NCBI GenBank assembly: GCA_963806185.1
Contig: CAWDXE010000004.1
Location: forward strand, 436,883 to 500,882
DNA from: an uncultured candidate division Zixibacteria bacterium
GTDB lineage: Bacteria; Zixibacteria; MSB-5A5; GN15; FEB-12
Reading direction: 5' to 3'
DNA length: 64,000 nt
The notes beneath the pieces were generated by a model. That model searched no databases and was not told the origin of the DNA. It saw nothing but the letters and a program-made list of their open reading frames with translations. Below, in pieces: positions 50,434 through 63,501 of this stretch. The position numbers were made by a program, and so were the translations under genes. How positions within the stretch are numbered: position 1 is the stretch's first letter; the number at the start of each line of letters is the position of its first letter.

Positions 50434-50796
50434 GTATCCTCCACGTGACCGTTTGGTAAGTACTAATATCAAAGTATAGTGAGCACAGAATATGTCAATT
50501 ACTCTTCGTGATAACGAATACCGGCAGGCCCATTTTTTTGGATAGATATCAGGAGTGCTTTTGTATGGCTTCGGTCTTGGCTCCTCTAACAAATGGAGGG
50601 TCGTCACAGGCGGCTGTATAGCAAAAAGGGGCTCATTATTGCTTGCCTGTAAGAATTCCAGATTCGACTTGATCTTTGCGGACCCAACAGGTAGCCTTTA
50701 GCACTTAGCCGACGCAAGGTTACCGGAAAATCCGGTGGTCGTTTACCAATCTCGTAAAACATCAAGGCTCGCGCTTGGGCGAACATGGAGGTTATC

Positions 50797-51861
50797 ATGA
50801 AAATCACATCGGTTCTGGCGATCACCGCCGCGCTGTTCTGCATAGCATTGCCGGCCATCGCCGATACGACGGTCAAATCGACGGTCGAGAACAAGGGAAT
50901 GGGTGGCGTCATGGATATGCAGGGGACTCACGAGCTTCTGATCTCCGGCGACAAATCCAAGACTGTCTCGGAAATGAAGATGACCAACAAGGTCATGAAG
51001 TTGATGGGGGGCGGGAAGCTTCAACGAACGGCCGAGATCACCCGTCTCGACAAAGAGTTGTTCTGGGATATCGACTTCAAGGAAAAGGAATACACAGAAC
51101 TGACTTTTGCCGACATGAAAGCCATGTTCGCGAAGGGCGCGCAGGAGGTGCAAAAGGAGAAGGCCAAGCAGGGTAAGAGCGATGCCGACTCTGTCAAGTT
51201 TACCACCGAAGTGAAAATCGACAAGACCGGTAAGGTCAAGACTATCGCCGGATATTCTGCCAGTGAGGTGATTGTAACTATGTTGTTTACGGGCACGGAT
51301 ACAACTTCAGGCAAGTCGGAGACGATGAAGATGGAAATGGATCTCTGGCTGGCTAAAGATGTGCCCGGTTATCAGGAATATCAGAACTACCAGCGTTCGC
51401 TCGGCGAGAAACTCGGTATGAACAATCAGCAGAAGGGTGGGATGGAACAGGCCCTGAAGGGCTTCGGAGTCGATCCGAAGGTCGTCTACGAGAAGACGAA
51501 AGACATCGAGGGTATGCCGCTTTTGAGCATCGTCACAATCCAGCCGGAAGGTCTTGACTCTGTTTTCGCACAGATGGAGGATTCGCTGAAAAAGGCGGAG
51601 GCTGAAGACAAAGCGCAGGCGAAAGAAGCGGAAAAACCATCGAACCCAACTGATCTCAAGGGGAAGGGATTGAAGAAGCTGGGTGGGCTATTTGGCAAGA
51701 AGAAGGATGCGAAGAAGGAAGAGGCCGCGCCGGCAGAGGGAGACGGTGGTAAATCACCTTATCTGTTCCATATGACGACGACGGTAACTTCGATCACGGC
51801 GGATCCGATCCCATCGGCCGAGTTCGAAGTTCCTCAGGGTTTCAGGAAGGCAACGAAGTAG
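50797..51861 (+). CDS. Secreted hypothetical protein (DUF4412-like)
   Basis: ATG follows GGAGG, signal peptide, KTGKVKTIAGY...DLWLAKDVPG...FEVPQGF pattern. Confidence 0.65.
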   Translation: MKITSVLAITAALFCIALPAIADTTVKSTVENKGMGGVMDMQGTHELLISGDKSKTVSEMKMTNKVMKLMGGGKLQRTAEITRLDKELFWDIDFKEKEYTELTFADMKAMFAKGAQEVQKEKAKQGKSDADSVKFTTEVKIDKTGKVKTIAGYSASEVIVTMLFTGTDTTSGKSETMKMEMDLWLAKDVPGYQEYQNYQRSLGEKLGMNNQQKGGMEQALKGFGVDPKVVYEKTKDIEGMPLLSIVTIQPEGLDSVFAQMEDSLKKAEAEDKAQAKEAEKPSNPTDLKGKGLKKLGGLFGKKKDAKKEEAAPAEGDGGKSPYLFHMTTTVTSITADPIPSAEFEVPQGFRKATK

Positions 51862-52070
51862 GGAAACGGTCAAAATGCGGTCAGAGAGCAGTTCGTGCGC
51901 CAATCGCGTGCCCGGCGCTCGGATTGCGTGAGCGCGATGAGAAGGATATTGTCATTCAGGCAAACCGGCCGGGTCTTTTCTTGAGGGAAACCATAACGGG
52001 AAAGGCCATTCGCACTGCGTGAATGGCGGGAATACTGATTTGGCCTTCTGGTGGATGACAATGAAAGAAA

Positions 52071-52144
52071 TACCGGGGGGCAGGTTCGAACTGCCGACTT
52101 CCAGTTCCACAGACTGGCGCTCTAACCAGCTGAGCTACCCCGGC
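52071..52144 (-). tRNA. tRNA-His (GTG), no encoded G-1, G1:U72, A73, CCA not encoded
   Basis: Cloverleaf GCCGGGG TA GCTC AGCTGGTTA GAGC G CCAGT CT-GTG-GA ACTGG AAGTC GGCAG TTCGAAC CTGCC CCCCGGT A. Confidence 0.95.
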
Positions 52145-52156
52145 ATCGCGACCGGC

Positions 52157-52184
52157 AAAATACCCGTTTGCTTCAGAGTGTCAA
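52157..52184 (-). promoter_or_regulatory. Putative sigma70 promoter of tRNA-His
   Basis: TTGACA-N16-TATTTT followed by a GC-rich discriminator, 12 nt before G1. Confidence 0.55.
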
Positions 52185-52260
52185 GGCTTTTGACTGCGTC
52201 GTCGCCGCCCGCGTGCACGGCTAGGTCAATTGGGCAGAACCAGCTTAACGACTACGGTTC

Positions 52261-52596
52261 TCAGGTGCAACTGCTGCAACCACCACCGGTCCCGCAATTG
52301 CCCGATGGCTTACCGGCTGATATCACATAGCCGCTGCCAAACTCTCGGGTGACATAGTCGATATTGATATCCCCCAACTGCGTAATGTACTCATTTACCC
52401 GGGGATCAATCCAGGCAATAACCCCGTTCGACTCCAACTTCTCCAAACCGTCGATTGACTCTTCCAGAGCCATTCCCAGCGAGGGGCCGCTTCACCCGAA
52501 ACCCTGGAAGAAAATGATGAGATTGTTCTTCTTATTGGGTTCGAAATCAAAAACCTTCTTCAATTCTTCACTGGCGCTATCAGTAATGACGAGCAT
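52261..52596 (-). CDS. HesB/IscA-like selenoprotein (Sec35)
   Basis: ATG 52596 follows AAAGGA. MLVITDSASEELKK...FFQGFG-TGA(52492-52494)-SGPSLGMALEE continues in frame into ORF 52261..52473, which ends NCGTGGGCSSCT. Confidence 0.85.
52456..52472 (-). promoter_or_regulatory. Candidate bacterial SECIS hairpin
   Basis: UGGCUCU-GGA-AGAGUCA. The G-starting apical loop begins 27 nt after the in-frame UGA. Confidence 0.6.
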
Positions 52597-52682
52597 GCGT
52601 TATCATCCTTTCTGTCCCTGCCCTGAATATAACAACTTAGATCGCTGACTCGACAAAAAGATTCACCCCAAAACGTGTCATC

Positions 52683-52720
52683 AAAAATGACCCCTGCCGG
52701 CAATTCCGGCCGACAGGGGC
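52683..52720 (-). terminator. Rho-independent terminator
   Basis: CCCCTGTCGGC...GCCGGCAGGGG hairpin followed by TCATTTTT. Confidence 0.6.
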
Positions 52721-52743
52721 TAAGCTGTTACTCGACTTGAGAT

Positions 52744-53811
52744 TTATTGGCAGGAGGGGAGGGGCGTGAAGTTCAAGAAAAGGTTGTCAATCAAAGCCGT
52801 GAGATCGCCGATATCGATGTTATTCCCGGCATCGCCGTCGCAGTTTGCCTCCCCCGGGCAGGCAAGCGGCGTGAAGGTGAGAAACAGATTATCGATTAGA
52901 GCAGTCAGATCGCCGATATCAACAGCGTCCGAAGAGTCGAAATCCACGTTGCCGACTGTTGCAATACAGCAACTGCCGTCTGTCACCGTGACCTTCACGA
53001 TTTCGTCATCACTCAAAGCGCCATCCGAGGCCGAAAAAGTAATGAAGAACTCGCCAACCTGGCTGCCGTCCGGAGTGAACGTGAAGTCGCCGGTGCCATC
53101 GCCATTATCGGTGAAACCCGCGTTCGCCGGCAATGGGGCCGCCACCAGATTCGGAATGGTACCATCCTGATCACTCGCAGTTATCGTGAATTGAAGTGTA
53201 TTGCCAATGATCACACTTTTTGAGCCGATTGACGCCAGGACGGGCGGGTGGGGGACGATCACCTCCGTCATTGTGACGCTGGTCGTATAGATGAAATCGC
53301 CGGTGTTAAACCCGTTATTGTTGGCGGCGTTGCCGGCCGCATAAAAGGTTATAGCTCCGCTTCCTGCCGTCAACGGGGCCGCCCATTTGACTATCCAGCC
53401 GGGCGCCTGATTCGCGACACCGGGATTAGTCCCCGCCGCGGTGTGCTTCACATATTTGCGCCCACTCGGCGGCAAAGATATCTGCGTGCGGAGCGGATCC
53501 GCGTTGATCCAATTTCCGACCGGATTATTAGCGGCATCCAGCACGGTCATCTCGAAGCCCCAGCGACTTTGACCGGTTCTGGCGAGATCAATGGTAATAT
53601 CCACCGTATCTCCGGCCGTATACGTCAACGGCCCGCCTAATGACATTGACCCGCCCGGCGCATTTGCGGGATTGGTAAGGTGGCAATTGGTGCACAACCC
53701 TTCTCCGGGTCCTCCTGTCACGGCGTCCGGCGGACCACCAGAAAAAGCCCACGCGACTGTTCCCGTGACGAACACCACAAGGCCGACCGTCGTTACAATT
53801 TTGGCTTTCAT
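52744..53811 (-). CDS. Secreted Reeler/choice-of-anchor V-like protein with CxxCH, Ig-like repeat and Cys-rich dockerin
   Basis: ATG 53811 follows AAGGAGAGG. Motifs SGGPPDAVTGGPGEGLCTNCH and WAAP...ITFYAAGNAANNNG...GDFIY. C-terminus CCIATVGNVD...LPSCQ. Confidence 0.8.
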   Translation of the reverse strand: MKAKIVTTVGLVVFVTGTVAWAFSGGPPDAVTGGPGEGLCTNCHLTNPANAPGGSMSLGGPLTYTAGDTVDITIDLARTGQSRWGFEMTVLDAANNPVGNWINADPLRTQISLPPSGRKYVKHTAAGTNPGVANQAPGWIVKWAAPLTAGSGAITFYAAGNAANNNGFNTGDFIYTTSVTMTEVIVPHPPVLASIGSKSVIIGNTLQFTITASDQDGTIPNLVAAPLPANAGFTDNGDGTGDFTFTPDGSQVGEFFITFSASDGALSDDEIVKVTVTDGSCCIATVGNVDFDSSDAVDIGDLTALIDNLFLTFTPLACPGEANCDGDAGNNIDIGDLTALIDNLFLNFTPLPSCQ

Positions 53812-53978
53812 CGAGCCTCTCCTTTTGGTCTTGATGGCTGTCGCCCGACGAGAGGCGAAGGCCACCACAGGTTAATTTCGGCCCGTGTGCGGCGTCACGG
53901 CGAGTATTTGGCAGTAGTCTGGTGATTAGGTCCCTGTTACAGAGAGTGCCTGACCGCTCAATCCGTGCGGCCGGTAAC

Positions 53979-54011
53979 AAAAAAAACCGGTCGACTCTCG
54001 GTCAACCGGTT
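53979..54011 (-). terminator. Rho-independent terminator
   Basis: AACCGGTTGAC-CGAGA-GTCGACCGGTT followed by a T run. Confidence 0.8.
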
Positions 54012-54040
54012 CTCAAAATTTCATCGCACCAAGCAGGAGA

Positions 54041-54694
54041 TTACTGACAGCTCGGCAAAGGCGCAAAAGTAATAAACAGATTGTTGATCAGCGCCGTCAG
54101 ATCGCCGATGTCGACGTTGTTGCCGGGATCACCGTCGCAATTGGCCTCACTCGCGCAGCAAAGCGGGGCAAACGTGATGAAAAGATTGTTGATGAGCGAG
54201 GTCAGGTCGCCGATATCCACCGCGTCGAGCGGCGAACAGTCGACATTGCCAACCGTCGCTATGCAGCACCCGGAGCCGAAGTTCTGCCAGTAACCCGCAT
54301 TCACTTTGTAACTTGTGGAGGCACTCAATCCGGCCGCCGTCTGGCCGACCGTCGCATTGAGTACGTAGTTCGTCGACGTGCCGCGGTTGCCGCCGGCCGA
54401 GATAACCTGCCACTTAATCTGTTCACCGCTGAGAGGGGTACTGACCGCCTCTGCCTCGGGCGGCGCTGCCGTGACCTCCGGCAGAACCGGTTGCTGGTCA
54501 GGAGCGAGCGTTTGCCCGGCGGGCGTCGGTAGGACTCCTGACGCTGCAGGCGCAGAAGACGTTGTCGCGGATTTCGGCGTGATTGCCCGGGGGACGGCAT
54601 TCATGCGCTCGCCCTTCTCCCTGGCGTCAACCATGTTTCCGCCAATCAGGATGGCGACGGCGACAATCGCGACAATGCGTGAGGAGTTGTTCAT
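54041..54694 (-). CDS. Small secreted protein: Pro/Ala linker, short beta-rich module, Cys-rich dockerin
   Basis: ATG 54694 follows GGAGAG. Signal peptide, WQVISAGG...YVLNATVGQ...AGYWQ, then CCIATVGNVDC...LPSCQ. Confidence 0.8.
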   Translation of the reverse strand: MNNSSRIVAIVAVAILIGGNMVDAREKGERMNAVPRAITPKSATTSSAPAASGVLPTPAGQTLAPDQQPVLPEVTAAPPEAEAVSTPLSGEQIKWQVISAGGNRGTSTNYVLNATVGQTAAGLSASTSYKVNAGYWQNFGSGCCIATVGNVDCSPLDAVDIGDLTSLINNLFITFAPLCCASEANCDGDPGNNVDIGDLTALINNLFITFAPLPSCQ

Positions 54695-55249
54695 AGCAAT
54701 TTGACTCTCCTGGTGATCGTTCGGACTCACGAACCTTAAGCAGGCAAAGCCGGCGTGCCCGGATCGCGTGTCAGTATATGTAGCGCTTCTCTTCAATTGT
54801 CTGAACAGTGCTGCCCGGCATCAGTAAGAAATTCACGTGAGTACAGCGGTCGGGCGCACTTGGCGTAGACCTGATAGAATATCGTAAATGGATCAATCTT
54901 GTCAAGGATAATATGGAGGCGAGCGGCGCGATAGGGCGGGGAAGAGGCGGCGGTCCAGCTCGGTCGTTGGCATTTGACCTTTTCAGGGGCACCAGCCGGG
55001 GGATCAGGAGCGGCCGACAGGGTGTGGGCAGGCGAGATTCCCGCATTAGATATTGTGCCTACATAAATAGAGACAACGAACGGTGGGCTCGATCCAATGT
55101 TCGGTTGCGGCCGGCGCACGTGAGCCGTAATCTGTTGTGTGACAATTGGTAATGAGTGAAGTGTGGTCTGCGGAAGGGCATTGGGGTCAGCCGGCCACTA
55201 CCCGGCACATAATATTCACGCAAAGTGCAGAAAATATGCGAACGGGGAC

Positions 55250-55278
55250 TTGACATGTTCGGGCTAAAGGCGTAGCTT
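55250..55278 (+). promoter_or_regulatory. rrn upstream promoter (P1-like)
   Basis: TTGACA-N17-TAGCTT. Confidence 0.6.
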
Positions 55279-55424
55279 TGAAATCCCGACAGAAAGACAA
55301 CGCTCAGTATTCCGGAACCATTTGGTATCGAGAGCGTTGGAAAGAGCCGGGGAGTCGTCAGGGGTGACCCGGGCGACGGAAGTGGCTGAAGAAATAAAAT
55401 GATAGCAGCCCAGAGAAAAAAGAC

Positions 55425-55453
55425 TTGACAGAGGCGAATCGCCAGGTTAGAAT
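55425..55453 (+). promoter_or_regulatory. rrn promoter (P2-like)
   Basis: A-rich UP region, TTGACA-N17-TAGAAT, GC-rich discriminator ACGCGCC. Confidence 0.8.
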
Positions 55454-55503
55454 ACGCGCCTGCCGATAAGCAATGTCGGCAGGTTTTTTTTCGACCAGAC
55501 ACG

Positions 55504-55516
55504 GATCTTTGACAAC
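55504..55516 (+). promoter_or_regulatory. boxA antitermination element (leader)
   Basis: GATCTTTGACAAC, repeated as GTTCTTTGACAAC in the 16S-23S spacer. Confidence 0.7.
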
Positions 55517-55667
55517 TAAATAGCCACGCTGAAGACAAGTGTGGACTTGTCTTTATGTCGCGGGTCCAATGTCGTCGCAAGACGACCTTGTGATCTTTTC
55601 AGTAAATTGAATGACGTGTTTATTCATGTCAGAATAAGTAAATGAGCTAAAGAACGAATCTGTAATA

Positions 55668-57224
<1,557 letters not shown>

Positions 57225-57372
57225 TAAGGAGCTACGGTGTGATCTCGTCACGCCTTACGGATTGAGGACCTTCCGAGGTCGAGCGACACATTGACGAATT
57301 TCCCTTGTCTTCAGTTGGCTATTTACATAAATATATTCGCGCCATCAGGCGAGCATCGGCTCGGTGGCCATT

Positions 57373-57446
57373 GGGCCTATAGCTCAGTTGGTTAGAGCGC
57401 GCGCCTGATAAGCGCGAGGTCAGTGGTTCAACTCCACTTAGGCCCA
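57373..57446 (+). tRNA. tRNA-Ile (GAT)
   Basis: GGGCCTA...CGCGC CT-GAT-AA GCGCG...TAGGCCC A. Confidence 0.97.
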
Positions 57447-57462
57447 TTTGAAAAATGGGTGC

Positions 57463-57535
57463 GGGGATGTAGCTCAGTTGGGAGAGCGGTGGCTTTGCAA
57501 GCCACAGGTCACCGGTTCGATCCCGGTCATCTCCA
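57463..57535 (+). tRNA. tRNA-Ala (TGC)
   Basis: GGGGATG...GTGGC TT-TGC-AA GCCAC...CATCTCC A, with G3:U70. Confidence 0.97.
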
Positions 57536-57600
57536 GAATATGGACTCCTCGACGCTTGAGGCGGACAGAAAATTTCGTTCCGCTCCGAGCGGAACCAGCT

Positions 57601-57613
57601 GTTCTTTGACAAC
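57601..57613 (+). promoter_or_regulatory. boxA (spacer)
   Basis: GTTCTTTGACAAC. Confidence 0.7.
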
Positions 57614-57715
57614 TTCATAGTTGGCTTATGTAAAGAAATACGTCACGGGTATCTTCCAACAGGCTGCGCAGACAGCGCAGCAGTGAAGATGCTCTATTTA
57701 GGTAATGTAGGTTTT

Positions 57716-60729
<3,014 letters not shown>

Positions 60730-60835
60730 TATAAATTTCTACCTAAGATGATCTCGCTGGAATCGCACCTGTGCAGCCGGTGAGCATGACAGCGGAACGA
60801 TCCTGATGTTCTTATCAGCTGACCTATGACAAATA

Positions 60836-60954
<119 letters not shown>

Positions 60955-60959
60955 TAAAT

Positions 60960-60998
60960 AAACCCCTCGATCAGAAATGGTTGAGGGGTTTTTTGTTG
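60960..60998 (+). terminator. rrn terminator (probably bidirectional)
   Basis: AAACCCCTCGATCA-GAAA-TGGTTGAGGGGTTT followed by TTTGTT. Confidence 0.85.
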
Positions 60999-61004
60999 AA
61001 AACT

Positions 61005-61874
61005 CTACGGTCGGCCGAAAACGGAAAATCCTGGGTTGGCGCATTCCCATTGCGCAATTTCGCGGGCGAGCCGAGTGGAGTCAAATTCGGATGTCTCGAA
61101 GGAAGCGCCCAGCACGCGTGATACGATTGGCGGAGCGACCTCCTGATGCCTGTGATTTCCCATCGAGCCTGTAAGCCCATTCGATAATATCGCCACCAGG
61201 TCATGTCCGCAAGACATACTTGCATGGGATCCCACTTCAGAGCTTTCAAAGACATGATTTCGCTCAATACCGTTGCTGCGTTCAACAAAGGCTTCTGTGG
61301 ACTTAGTTCTTTCAAGTGTTCAATCATTGCTGATACGTCGCACGCGGGTATTGCCCAATTCGAAAAAATGAGAGACTTCCATTTTATCGAAGTCCAAATT
61401 GATCTTGTCGCGAAGTGAAAGGTAGCGCATCAGTCCGATCGGATATGCGAGATCGTACAGCACTGCAGCGATACGTTTTTTTGCCCTAGATTCAATTTGC
61501 AGGATCTTGTCGAGGCTGCCAAAGTGATTGAGAGTTTTGAGTACTGCACGAGAGCTGAAAAAAAGACCCTCAAGGTCGTGGCCATCCGTATAGATGAGGT
61601 TCGGGAGTGAAATCAAAGAGCCATCCAACCTTGAGAAATCGGCATCGGCGATCCCTAATACACCGCGTACATTGCGTTTCTTGATCTCGATAAGAGCAAG
61701 AACTAGGTCATTCCTACCCTCTGATGCGAAGATGGATCGCCGCTGGACATGGCAATGGTCACTGAGAACCCTCTTGTCATCTGCGCCTTCTACTAACAAG
61801 ATGGCGCCCGTCATCGAGCGCCGACTAGTCATTATTTCATTCGCGAGGTAACTTGGAGTAAGGAATTTGCTCAC
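61005..61874 (-). pseudogene. DUF4435/TOPRIM nuclease (PARIS AriB-like), two apparent frameshifts (~61365 and ~61215)
   Basis: LLVEGADD, IADADF and YTDGHDLE lie in ORF 61320..61874. The middle part is in 60971..61327. The C-terminal CGHDLVAIL...IAQWECAN is in 61005..61235. Confidence 0.75.
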
Positions 61875-63214
61875 TGGTTGGTCCCTGAAGTTCTACCGCG
61901 AGGTCAAATCGGTCATCAATGATCGATGGAAAATGTGTCGCAATGAGGACGCAGAATTGCGAAAGTTTGGTGATCTTTTCGAGATCCGCTAGAAATTGTC
62001 TCTGCCAAGTTACATGCAAGGAAATCTCTGGCTCGTCGATTAGAACCAGCGAATCCTGCTTAGCACGAAATAGAAATTCATATAGCATGACCAATTCGTG
62101 TTGTTCTCCTGAGGAGAGCTGATGCGCAGATAGCGCCTCCCCGGTATCAAGCTTAAATGAAAACCCTTCCTTACGATTAACATACATTGTCTTGTATAGG
62201 AATCGAGAGTTGATACTGTTTAAGAAGGCATCAATCTGCCCCCATAGCCTATTGAAAACGCGGAGCTTAAGCTCCGCATCCTGCGCAAAAACGTCGAGCA
62301 CGCGAAGTTCTGGGGAGGCGATTTGGCTCAACTCAGGAAGCAGGACCTCCTGTTCCTTGTCAAGCAGTCCCGCCTCAATTAGCTGGGCCCGACGCTCTTC
62401 ATTCTGGCGCAATCGGAGTAGAATATCTCTTGGCTGTGTCTCCATGTTCCGGTGACTCAGAAGCCGCGTGGGAAAGCTTCGGTCAAGTTTGGCTGAAAAT
62501 GACGCATATTCAGTCAAAGTGTCCTGAATTTTTTGAGCAAGTTCTCGCGCGTACAACTCTACTGCTAGTTCATCGCTCCTAGATTCGGTGTGAGCAGTGG
62601 GCGTCGAAGGCGGCTCTTGCGGTACGCTTAATCGTTGTGTACGGATCATCCTCACGGTTAGAGATTGAGAAAACAACTGAATCCAATCCGGGTAATGGAG
62701 GAATCGCGGCCGCGAGCTCGAGTGTTGAAGGACTCGCTCGATCATCTCAAACGTGCTGTATGTTCTCTAGATCGAAGGCTCTGCCAACTTTCTGGTCCTG
62801 TACGCCGAATTCCCGGAAACCGTCTTGAAATAGCTCTGTCTAGCTCGTGACGGTTCTCGCCGAAATTTGTTACAAGCCACTCGGACTCGCGGAATTGTTG
62901 CGTATTGTTTGAAAATGTGAGGAATTTAGCGTGTTCACGCTCATCTCCTAAGTCAATTTTTGGCGGTCCGTATTGCTCTTTCGCAATTTGCAAAAAACTA
63001 CCGTCAGAGAATTCAATGCGAAACTTCTCGAAGGGTACTCGGCGAAGGAAATCCATATCTCCGTTGAACAGCCCGTCTATCATCTTTAAGATTGTTGTTT
63101 TGCCATAACCATTCGGCGCAAATATCAAGGTGATCCGTTGGCCCTTGGGTATCCTAATTTCGTGATCGAATTTCCCAAAAAGGCCACTTTTACAAACAAT
63201 CTCGTAATAAGCAC
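61837..63214 (-). pseudogene. ABC/AAA_21-type ATPase (PARIS AriA-like), two apparent frameshifts (~63190 and ~62765)
   Basis: GTG 63214 follows GAGGAG and gives MLITRLFV, then shifts frame to GLFGKFDH...APNGYGKT (Walker A). LSSGEQH and LIDEPEISLH are in ORF 61837..62745. Confidence 0.8.
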
Positions 63215-63298
63215 TTTGTTACTCCTCACGCTGGCAAATTGACCGACGGATCTTCTTGTAACGTGAAACGGCGGTCGCCTTCCTCAAAGTTACCGCTA

Positions 63299-63327
63299 AG
63301 ACTAACTCTCTAGCATTCAACCGTCAA
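63299..63327 (-). promoter_or_regulatory. Putative sigma70 promoter of the ATPase/DUF4435 pair
   Basis: TTGACG-N17-TAGTCT. Confidence 0.5.
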
Positions 63328-63369
63328 ACAAAATCTATCTTGTGTGATGGAGACTCAACCAAGATTTAA

Positions 63370-63443
63370 GTGCGTGGCATACACCCTCGTATGCCACGAA
63401 TGGGCTTTTCCTTACTTGGCGGACGAGGGCGTCCGCCACGCAC
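63370..63443. repeat. Inverted doublet of 29-bp palindromic REP-like units
   Basis: GTGCGTGGCATACACCCTCGTATGCCACG (+, 63370-63398) and GTGCGTGGCGGACGCCCTCGTCCGCCAAG (-, 63415-63443), 16 bp apart. Confidence 0.7.
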
Positions 63444-63501
63444 AAACGAGGAACACCATCAAGCAGGAGCGCAGGCGCTGCTGCAATATGGTGTACACCT
63501 G

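Noticed and set aside
51862..52144. tRNA-His as an integration site (att)
   Set aside because: No duplicated tRNA 3' end and no integrase is seen in the window.
52261..52263. Terminal TGA of the HesB-like gene as a second Sec, or genome-wide TGA reassignment
   Set aside because: The protein already has the expected length and Cys-rich end. TGA terminates many normal genes here (pfkA, EVE, SDR, response regulator).
63215..63501. Integron attC site between the GNAT and defence genes
   Set aside because: No RYYYAAC/GTTRRRY box pair closes the hairpins, and the downstream gene has its own promoter-like sequence.
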